Source: Mobula hypostoma
Taxonomy: Eukaryota
Direction of reading: 5' to 3'
Assembly: GCF_963921235.1 (NCBI RefSeq)
Contig: NC_086097.1
Location: 184,948,001 to 185,012,000, forward strand
Length of the DNA stretch: 64,000 nt
Each line of letters starts with the position of its first letter. The first letter of the stretch is position 1. The position numbers were made by a program, and so were the translations under genes. Shown one piece after another: positions 1 to 11,300 of this stretch. Below the pieces are notes generated by a model, which made no database searches, had not been told where the DNA came from, and saw only the letters and a program-made list of their open reading frames with translations.

Positions 1-2729
1 TCTGGCTGTTAACAAATTAGTGTTTATGGGATTTTGCTATGTAGGAATTGATGCTATGTTACAGCAGTGAGTTGAGTTCACAGGTACTTCATAAGGCTTT
101 TTGGAAACATTCCAAAGTGGTGAAAGGTATTTTCCAATTGTAAACTCTTCTTGTGCTCATAGGTGGTATTGTTGATGGTTTTTACTTTAAATATGCTTTT
201 GCAAATGCTGTTTGCTATCTTGTGCTTGTATACCTGCCTCTACTTACAGATATACGGTTGGTATTTGAAATTGTGTTAAAAACTTAATCCTGTAAATTGC
301 CAATCTGAAAGTGACTGTGGTTGTAAACTACTCACATGTATTGGTAGCATTGACAAATTATTCATGAACACATGCTTTTGCATGCTGATCTTGAAACATT
401 TCAGTCTGGCAAATTTCTACTAACATCTAAAGTTATTAGTTTCTTTTGTATTATTACATGTAAAATCTAAATAATGCTGTTTTTGTTACCAATGGAAGTG
501 AAAATTAAATGAGATTTCTCCCTGTTCGTAAAATCAGAAAGGGCTCCTAATTATGAGAGGGAGGGTGCAGTTTATTATCTGGTTCTCATTTAGGCCTTTT
601 GTCGGGGTAAAGATTGATAACCAGGCTAGAGGCCAAAGTCATCTATAGTTTGAAAAAGACGAAGGAAATTAGGCGAGGAGTAGCAGAAAGGAGTCTGGTC
701 AAACCAGCAAAACAATTGGAATTCATCAAGTAGAATAGGAAGGCCAGTGAAATAGAGAAAGGAACTTTCATTTGAATAGAAGATTGGCGAGGTAGCCAAA
801 AATGCGACTTTGTATCTTCAGCTGCTATTTCTGACTTGGGGCATTGTCTCCCTGGAGCTCTTATCTCAAATTCCTGGATTTGAACTTCTTACTTCCTAAA
901 AATGAACAAAACAAAGTGAAGCAAAATAAAAGCAGATGCTGCTGCGAATAACAGCATGCTTCTTCTGCAGTTTCTCTTTTAATCAGTCCACATTCTGGAA
1001 ACAAATGTATAAGAAACCAGCCTTCGATGCGTTCTCAAAAAAAAAGTTCACCTTATAACCACACAATCTCTAAATCTTCCCATGTTTTCTTTTAACAAAT
1101 ATAAAGTTGTTTTTTTTAATCAGATTACCAACATAAATTTAGGGTTATGATTCAAAGAAAGAAAGGAATGTTGAAAGAATTTTTTTCATTGAACTTCTTA
1201 GATTGGAGTACTTTATTGCAGCTGGCTAATGAGGCAGGGAATACAGCACTATTTAAAAACACATTGGATACATATCTGAAAAAAACATTAAAGGATATAG
1301 ATGACAGAGATGCAAGTGGGAAGTTGGTGTTGGAATCAACACAGTCCTGATGAGATTAACAGTTACCTGCAGATATATTTCAGTTACACCAGTTAGTAAT
1401 CACTGAGTCCTGTAAAAAAGCTACATTTCTGAAGTATGCCAAGGCACCCTGAGGAAGATGTTGTGCATTTATTGCCTTATCTGCCTGCAACTCACTTTGA
1501 ACACAATTTGCTCCCAGCAGCTCCATAATCTTATCCAGAACTATTGTCAAACAGCTTTGTGGAGATTGAAAAACTCAATGAACCAAGCTTTAAAGAACCA
1601 TCAAACCACATCTCCTTGTTGGACATCCAGGCACAAAATTTAGGCTGGCATAATTGAAGCAGCATGGAGCTGCTTTCCATTGAAGCAGACTCAATCTAAA
1701 TCACTATCATATGGCCACTGTCATAATCAAGGTGAATGAGACATGTCTGTAATTGTGCACTAAAGAAATCCACCTGAATATCATTGGAGAAATTTAGCTG
1801 CTTTGCAAAAGTAGTGGAAGAGACCAAGTGGGATTGATCAGTTCCCTCTAGTGCTTTACAGTTCTGAGATCCTTCTAAATACCTTATTGGAGCTTCTACT
1901 GGTTTTCATCTGGGGAAAATTCAGTAGATCTTGGAAGGATGCAAGTACTGAAATAATTTGTGGAGACAGGATCACCCTTTCATGTAGGAGATGTGCTGTA
2001 TTCTCTATCTCACAGTGTATTGGTTGGAGTGTCCAAGACTTGGATATCTACCCTGTTTTGATAATTTTGAGCTCCCTGTAACGGTTAATGCACACTCCTT
2101 CTGTGCTCTAGAGATCTTGGCCTCTGCTGCCTGCATAAATATAGCCATCAGCAAAACAGGTTTAACTTTTTCTTCAAATGTTAATTGCTGAAGCTTTATA
2201 TTTGGCATGAATTACTGGTAAGGCACACCTATCTAAAACACTGAATGCAAATTTATACATGTTGTTGGGGATGTTACCTTACCTGTGACTTTGCCTATAA
2301 TTTTCCACAGGAAGATAATTTTGAACAGAAGGAGGACTCAATCAGATCAGAGCTGACGATCAGTGGGCTCTGCTACACTGATCTGTCAAAACTATTTTCA
2401 TCAGTGAAGGAGGAGGGGCAGATTTATACAGTGCATTACATTGGAGTTACTCATTTGTACTATTTTTATTCAGTGGCGTTTCGTAAATTTGTACAAGCTG
2501 TTGTATAGCCCAGAGGAATGTGGTATTTGTAGTTCTTTTGAATTTTTAACCCTCCATCGGGTACTATTTGTTTGTGTCACATGAACACCAAAATTGATTA
2601 ATCTGCTTCAGTGAGGAGGGTCATGTTTAAAAAGTGAAGATTTGATGTTTGTAAGTGTATTTAATGAATAGGCATCAGTTCATTCAGGAGTTCAATATGT
2701 ATATATTGGACATTTTTGGTAATATAAAG

Positions 2730-3325
2730 AATAGTGTTATTTGTCACATGTACATCAAGACGTCAAAATGCACAGTGAAATGCATCTTTGCATCAACGAC
2801 CAACACAGTCCAAAGATGCATTGGGGGCAGCCTGCAAGTATCACCATGCTTCCAGTGCCAACAATGCATGCCCTCAACTTACTGACACTAACCTGTTCAT
2901 CTTTGGAATGTGGGAGGAAACCAAAGCACGAGGAGAAGACCTAAACAGTCATGGGGAGAATGTACAAATTCCTTACAGACAATGGCAGGAATTGAACCCC
3001 TCAAACGTTGGCACTAACCGCTACGCTGCTGAGCTGCCAAACCGATCCAAGTATGTGTTGAAAGCATTTTTTCTTGAAAAAAATGAAAAAATACTTGAAA
3101 GCAAGTATTTCCATTTTTCTAGCATCAACGTAGCATGTCCATAGCTTACTAACCCTTACTAACCCATTCGTCTTTGGAATGTGGGAAGAAACTGAAACAT
3201 CTGGAGGAAATCGACGCATTCACGGGGAAAATGTACAAACTCCTTACAGGAAGCGCGGGAATTGTTCCAAGATTGCTAGTGCTGGTGCTGTAAGGCATTA
3301 TGCAAGCAACTATGGTACCCAATCT
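2730..3325 (-). mobile_element. Two adjacent tRNA-derived SINE copies (HE1/V-SINE-like)
   Basis: The motif tctttggaatgtgggaggaaacc...ggggagaatgtacaaa.tccttacag...ggaattg occurs twice (~2900-3000 and ~3170-3265). It is the reverse complement of the SINE at 27895. Confidence 0.75.
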
Positions 3326-6300
3326 AGTCTGTTGGAGAACAATAAAATAAGACTGATTGTTTAATATGATATGAAGTCCGGCAATTCACTGAAGTGTGGT
3401 GGGCTTTTTAATTTTTAGAATTGCATGTTAAGATGAAACTTCAGTGTTTTAACCCTATTGCTTCTACTTGTTTCAGGAGTATTATTCCCTGTTCTGCATC
3501 ATTAATGTCTGTAATGTAACTACCCTGTTTTACAATTCCACTGTTTACCTTCATTCTAGTCCTTCCTTTCAGAAAATTCTTAGAATACTTTAAACTATAA
3601 GTTACTTATTAAAGATATATGATAATATTCCTGACATCCCTATAAAGAATGTTTTCTAAGACCTACAGTTTCACCATATTAACAGTATCTGAGTTTACAA
3701 AGCATATCCTTTTGTTTTTGCTATATATAGTTGTTATGCTGTGGGTTTGGCATTGCAAAGACTTTTTCAACATAAGACCATGTTTGATTGCATTGTACAA
3801 ATCAATGAGTGCAGTCTGAAAATACTTTAATCATCATGTCAATAAATAATAACCGGTCAATAAATAACTCAGATTCAAGCTTCCTTTGTAAAGGCTGGGA
3901 AAACTTCACAAAAAAAACTGATCATATGCATCTGATTTGTGAATGCTTTGAAAGAAAAAATGTCTCTGAGATCAGAGTCTCTAACCAGATGGCTTTGAGA
4001 CACTGGTGTTTCTATCATGTTTCCTTTTAGAAATATCTAAGTAGATGTTGTAGAACACCTTTTACTTGTAAAATATGGTAACATTTCAGACTGGATGATG
4101 TTATTTTTGTGCATTTTGTGGTTTAGCCCAAACTGTATGGGTGGTTCAGGAAAAAAAGACTGTTTTCTGTTGATACTCCGCGTGTTCGAGCGGAAGCAGA
4201 TCAGAGTTTCTGTGGAGCCTTAAGCATGGGTCAGACTCGTACATGGCATTCCTACTTCCGTGTTTAACAACCTGAGGAGCAAAACATCCAGTGGCAACTG
4301 TGTGAAAATCCAGTATCTTGAGCCACAGTTTGTTGCTCTAACATCCTGCAAGCCAGTCCTGTTCATTCACAAACGTCAAGGCTGGTTCCTGACAGCATGC
4401 TATCTCTGCCTAGCCTGGGTTCCTTTCATTCAGGATTCATTGTGTTAAAGAGGGTTTGGTCAGGAATCCGGGTTCCTGCCAGTACTACTCCCTCCCAGCC
4501 CCTTAAGCACTGACAGATGCCTGCTGTCGTGTACAAAGGAATTGGCTCTTTGCTCATTCTATTTCTCTTTGCATCGGAGGTTAGAGTTTACACCATCTTC
4601 AGCAATTATGGCAACATATGAAAAGAAAGCCACTTAAAATCTGTGCTAAGTTTATTTCAATCAATGTAGATATTGAATCTGAAGAACTTAATTTATTCAC
4701 AAGATAAATATTGGTCAGGGACAAGGAAGGAAAGCACTTTATTATAAATATGCTGTCAGTATATTATTGAATTTGAATTGTTTATATATGTATATATTCA
4801 TATGTCATGTTTCGTTAAATGAATAAGAATATTCTCAACCTACAATGACATAGAACTAAGAAGTAGAAAATACGGTTACCTGTGTAAAATAAACCCAAAT
4901 GTTTTACAGATAATGAGCCTCCTGGTAGTTTAGTGAGTGGTTCTGTAGCACTCTGAACAGCTGATCCCAACAGTCTCTTCACCTGCTGTGCTGTATGATC
5001 AGCTCCACCTAGTGGTTTATTTGGTTGCTGTTGGGTTGGGGTTCGGGGGGGGGGGGGCGCGGTCTCTGCAGTGTTTCTTGTGACATGCCGTGGTACATTT
5101 TTAAGAAATATTGCTTGAGATACCACAGAAGTCATCTTCTCTTACTTATAAGTTTTAGGCGATCAAATTGTCACTTGTAATCTTTGGATCTGTCTAAACT
5201 GTTTATTGATGAATATTTCTATACCTGTGTGGAGTAAGTGGTCCTTGAAAAATCTCTAGTTGTTGCGTAAATATACACACAGAAAGATGGGACATTATAA
5301 AACTTGTATCTTTATACATTGTGCAAGACCTTTATACCACACAGTTAATTAGTGGCAATTTCAGCCAAGTGTAAACAGAGATAAAACATGAATTTAATTC
5401 ACAGAATGAGGGAAGACCTTGACATTTTACGTGCAGTATGGTGTGGGGGTAACATTCAGAGAGTGGTCCAGATGGTAACCAACATAGTAAGCCTTACATT
5501 TTATTTTATCTCCAGCATCCAGCACAGAGGAAAGAAAGTTAATTGAAGCATAAGCTCTCACCCTTGCATTTCAGCAGAGCTAACTCATCATCAGTCAGAT
5601 AATAAAGGGTTGAAGGAAGGGAGGGTGGGGGGAAAGCAGTGAAATGATTGTGCATGTAGAGAAACACTTCAGCTGTGGTACTGTAGAAGCACAGGAAAGT
5701 GAACTCTTCTGGCCTGTTTATGAAGAAGTGCGAGAGTTGTCCCTCCCTGACAGATTTCACATGGGTGGGTCAGCCTTGCCAGCAGGAGGCTTTAAGAAAC
5801 CACTAATAGCTTCCAGCTGTGTGGAAAATCAGACCCTTTAGAGTCAAAAATGGGAGATTTGAATTTCAAAGCATACTAATGCCTTCATTTCTGTTCACTA
5901 CCATTTGGCCATAAAAGATTATTTTCTAATATGTCAGCCCAATTGATGACCAGTGGTCCGAGAATGAAAGGGAAACAAGCAAGCGAGGAAATTTGTACAT
6001 TGGTGAGTCCGCCCTCCAAGCTGGTGTGGCATTTTGTAGAAAGACCTACCATAAGATGAGGGGATCTTAATAACCATTCATCAATTGATCATTGGCTCAT
6101 CATTGAGTGCTATGTTATTCAGTTTATCAAGTCTTGCACAAAAGTCAGAAAGGGCTTCATTGAACTTTGTTAAAGCAAAACTCTGAGAGTAAAATGCTTT
6201 ATTTGAATTCATTTTGCCTTTTTTATTATTATTCTTTTTCCTCTTTTGTTAATGCAGTCTAACTTAAATGAGTCCTTTTATTTGGTGGCTTGAATATATG

Positions 6301-8372
6301 AAACTATTAATTCCTCTATGAAAGCCCAACAAGAAACAGGAGCAGATGGGGTAGAAAGCTATTTGGTTGGGAGTATTACGTTCAATTTCTGTCAATGAGG
6401 TGTCAGTTCTTTTGAATTAACTCACTTAATATCTACTGAGGAGGCACAAATTTAGTGTATATGTTGTCAATTTATAGTTAAGGAAACTTGTAGAAAAAAA
6501 TCCTGGTGCAGGTGGTGTATAGCTGATCTCAAAGTTAATTTAGTGTTCCATAGCACTGTGGCAGAAATTTTGTTTTAAAATTTAAAGTTGTTAAAGTCTT
6601 TATCCTTTTTTAAAATCTGTGCGTTTAACGTGTGCCTGTCTGATCCCCATTCTTTGCATATTTTTGGTGATCATTTCTTCCCTGAAATATGTATTAAAAG
6701 CTAGTTCTTGTTTAAGTATTTTTAGTAATTCCAGGTCCATTTGTATGTAAGTTTCGTGGTGATAATATTTAATTATGTGAATAATTGAGTGATTGCAGGC
6801 AAAGTTTTTCTCAAGCGATGACAATAATTGTTTACTTTCAGCTTCCCTTATTTGAAATTAAATTAATGTTGAAAAAAGTAATACCAAATACTAAAAAGAT
6901 ACTAAATTTTCAGATTTCAACTGAATCCATTACTATTTATGCTGCAGACTTTATTGTGCTCTTTGGTGTTGCCTTGAATTAAATCTGATCACCTGGTTTG
7001 ACCTTGTCATTATTTCAGACTGTTGCTCTATTTTTGGGTGCTGACGAATTTATGCACAGATTTACGACAACAGATGATGATTTTTTTTCTTACTACTAAT
7101 ATCAAGAGTAGTTAAAGTGCACTGAATTGTACTGATTGCAAATTACAGCCGCTTGGATTAAACTAAAGTGGGGGATGCTGCCACATGTGTGGCACCTTTC
7201 CTGTAATTAAATAACCTAGAGATAAAGGCCTGATGCAGCTGACAGTTCCAGAAAACACCAGAGGAGTATCCAATGCATAAGCATTCTTGTCTTGTCATTC
7301 CTTTCACTGATAAACCACTAGGTGAGAATCCCTAAGGAATTGGTCCATGTTAATGTGGATCAATCTGAAGCCACAATTACTGTTTTGAGGATATGGACCT
7401 GGCATTTAGAAGAGGCGCTGCAAGACGAGAGACAAAAAAAAATTAAAAATGCTTATTGTGTAATCCTTTGATAGCTGGTGTTTGTTAAAGAAGAGCTGAC
7501 AATTATTTCTGTTCATAAGCCTTTGAGGTGCTCCTGACTACACTGGATTTCCATCCCCCCCCCCCTTTAAGAGCTGCATTACATTAGGAAACAGCTTATT
7601 GGCTGCAGTACTGCTGTGAGTGTTTGTTAACTGACATCAGTTGTCAGAGAGCCATAGATTGATCCATATGTGAACAGAGCATATTCATCGCTCTCAAAAA
7701 AAAGGTCAGTTTTTCCTGTGTTCCCACATGGATTTCATCAGCGGTTTAAGGCGGCTACAGGGAAAAAATGCATTTGCATTGACAGAGGCTGAATGCTGGT
7801 GGAATCTATATTCAGACACATGTGAATCATATGCTGTAAAGAAGGCAGAAGAAATACTACATGCATTATAGGGGAAGGATTGTAAGGAGTGGGGACAAAC
7901 AAATCAAAGATTTATATTTCCGTTTTTTTAGAGAACGGCACAGATTATCTGAAGTCTTCACAAGAAAATACCCCTGTGGCCGACGTCTTCCCTGCCCTCC
8001 TCTGCGTTGGACCTGGTAAGAAAGATACAGTAAAAGAAATCAGATGAGGGTCTCGGGCAGAGATAATTTGTGCATACATCCATGTCATTGTTCTGCCTGA
8101 AGAGACTAGGCTTGGTGCAAGGCCACATGTGCTCCTGCCATCATTCACATTTCTGCTCCAAGTACAATTCGGAGTGTCAGCTCTCCATCTGTCTATGCCT
8201 GGCAAAAGCACGCACCCAGTTTCCTGCCTCTAGGTAGGGTGCCGCAGCCAGCCTTATGGCTGTCAGTTTTCTCTGATCATTCCAGAGCAGGGAGGCAGTA
8301 GGTCTACTGACTCTAGTTCTGTATTCCTTTTTTTTCCGCAGAAGAGAGTAGAGGTATGTTGCTCATTCACTA

Positions 8373-8379
8373 ATGCCAG
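8373..8379 (+). CDS. RUNX1T1: RUNX1T1 start exon, coding part (MTG8a-type): ATG CCA G
   Basis: ATGCCAG|GTGAGT is a consensus donor in phase 1. Splicing to 16011 gives [15 protein letters not shown], matching the human MTG8a N-terminus MPDRTEKHSTMPDSP as I recall it. Confidence 0.8.
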
Positions 8380-11300
8380 GTGAGTGGTGTGAAGTGACCT
8401 CTTCACTGACTGCTAGTAACATAGACAGGATATTTGCTTTAGAAATTGTCAACCTAGAAGTGAAATTATAATCATTTATTGCCTTGATGATAGATCTTGT
8501 TTTGAATGCAACATGTCACATTTTATTAGCTATATGTTGTGTGTGAATTGTTAAGCCATGTGGCTGATGATGTTATATTGTCTTAAGATAAAATATGTAT
8601 CAAGAGAAACTGAAAGTGCACAGCTGTTTGTTTACAGATTATTTGGTTAGAAGTCCAGAAGTGGCTGCTGTTTAAAGGAGAGTACTCTTCACAGATGGTG
8701 TTTTGAAACTGTATCTGCTTGTCTATTCTGCTACGTGTAGGTATTGCCAGTTGTTGAAGAATATTTTTCTTGGGGGATTTAGAAAATTTCTGACCATCAT
8801 ACTGAGCTCTTAAATCTCATGCCTTCGCATAGGATGCTGCTTGTTTCCAACACATTTATGTTAATGGATTTCAGGCTACGGTTTCTACCCCTGAGTAGTT
8901 GCTATGGGTTGTATTGTTTTCACGGTGATATGTAAAAGCTGGTGTGCTGTGCTGTACTGTCAGTCCTTGTAATGTACTTAATCTGCTAATAACAGATGTG
9001 TGTAACCACAGCATGTGTGGGATTTAATCTTTTTGAGCATATCTGACACTTGACTATTTTTGATATCCATTTATACAATATGTTAAGATCGTCTCCACAA
9101 ATTTTCCTCTACAACTGTTATCAAATTTCTCTCTCATTGAGAAAAAGCTATGTGTAATTGTAGCTTTTTTTAAAAAAAGTACAATTAGGTCCATAAACTT
9201 TATCTTATCTATACAACTTCTAATTTGGGAAAAATTTCTATTTTGGTGTATTTTCTAAAGTTTAACAACATTGACTGCTTTCAACTCTAAAGTTGATGAT
9301 GTGCTGAGAGCTTTTATCCTTGGTTATTTGGAACAATACGATTTTTTTAATATTTAAAGTGATCCTTTGACCAGTAAACATACATGCTGGGTGCCATGAT
9401 TTGACTTCAAAATAAGCAACAGTATCCTGATAAGGTCTGTTTCCACATCTCATTGTTTAAAAGCAAAATCTGATCAACATCATCAGTGTTAGAGAATATT
9501 TTTTTAAAAAGTTAAGGGGCTAGCTATAAAACACAAGAAAACTTCTTTAAACATAATTACAGTAAATAGGGCAAAGGGGCTGACATAATTATTTAAATAA
9601 ATAAAATTATACATTGCCTTCTTCAGGATTTCCATTTAGTCTTTCTATCATGCTTGTGTTTCTTCCAAGACTTTAAGGGGGAAATAAAACCTTAAGGGCA
9701 ATTTTTGTTAGTGTAAGCAAACATTTGTGTTAATCTTTAGTGTTTAAATTGTTCTTGTGTAAATTACAAACATATATTTCACTACATAATGAAAAAAAAG
9801 TGCTTTTGGATGTGGTTTGCCCATGAATATCCATGTAATAAACTGTGTGTCCTATCAGGCTGTTGTATACAAGGGAGTGTTTGTGAGGGAGGCTACTATA
9901 GTGTACAGTTTCACAAAGCAAATCTTGTGAACCCTGTACAGTACTTCGAAAGAACAGATGCAGGCTTATAAATACGGCACCCTTAATGCATCTGGCATTG
10001 CTCAGGGTCATTTCCGTGAAAGACCATCAGTGATCATGGTCATTGTAGTACAAAATGATACTGTTCTAATAGAAATGGCCTGGCATTAGGTCAGACCACC
10101 CTCTTAACTTCTGCTGTCCAGATGTGGCCACAGCTCTTTTTCTTTATATTTCAAAATTGGTTCTGTTTTCGAAATCTGGTTCTACTTAGGACATCTCCAT
10201 CCTGGGGCGCATTTCATAAATTGTCCACATATTTTTCTTAGCAGAGAACTTAACTGGCTGTAATTTTTAACACATGGCTATGTCATGTGATATTTTCAAA
10301 ATACTTGCAGACAGCACTGAGCTGGTCCCAGTAGAAATAAACAGCCATTCTGCCGCCAGTCCTTTTTTTTTGAATAAGTAGGAGACTTGCCTGCATTTTA
10401 TTTGCAGAAGAAACATTATTTTAACACAGATTTCTATGGTACTGTTAGAAATACTTCAAATAAACAGTATATTGGTTTATAGATTTTTAATTAATTTTTC
10501 AATAAATACTTTCTACAGTCTGCAAATGTACATTTAAAGTTGTGGAGAATTCCAGGTACATGCTATACTTTGATAAATATGAACAAAGGAGCATATCGTG
10601 CTTTGTCTATAAGGTGCCAATCTGTTTTCTAGTGGGCACGTCCGATTTTTTTCAGTAGTTTTGAAATATGACATGTCCATATTTTTCTTTTCTGTTATTT
10701 CTGTAAAAATACTTTTGGCTAAAATTAGTTGAGGTTTATTCTGAGAGCTCAGAGGTTGAACCAAGTTCTCCCTGTGGCTTAAGGATAGGGTTTTCTGCAT
10801 TTCTTCAACAAGGTGTTTAAATAATACCAGTCACTCGAAAAACAAAATAAAATATTAGCTTTTTTGCTTATAGTAGGCTGATTAATCTAATGAGCCAAAT
10901 GATTTTCATATTGGGGTCCCAGAGACCTGGTATGCTGTGGCAGTCTTGCTTCCACAGCATCTTGAAGAGTGGCTGACCACAAGCTTCATGAGGGTCACAT
11001 ATGGCATCTTTAGGCAAGCAGTATCTCACAAAGGGCAAAGGGTTTACAATATTTAATATCTAGTTTTGGACAATCTGTCCACATTCTGTAATTAGTTATT
11101 TTTTTAAATATAAAAGATAACCATTAAAGGAGTAGTTTTGTTTATTGTTTTTACATGAAGTATGTATGCAAATACATGCACAAAGTATGTATGTATTTTT
11201 GCTTTCTGCCTAAGTATTGCTTTGTGGTTTAAAACATTTCATTTTTTTGTTAAACAATACTGGTCTTGCATTGCTGTACATAGAATATTCCAAGCCAACT

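Noticed and set aside
5960..6002. Orthologue of human exon 1b (…KKGNFEYCQ) suggested by …KRGNLYI
   Set aside because: Similarity covers only a few residues, and the frame has an upstream stop with no ATG.
8041..8062. cagatgagggtctcggg resembling the hammerhead repeat
   Set aside because: No closing CCC-GAAA and no flanking family sequence; likely chance.
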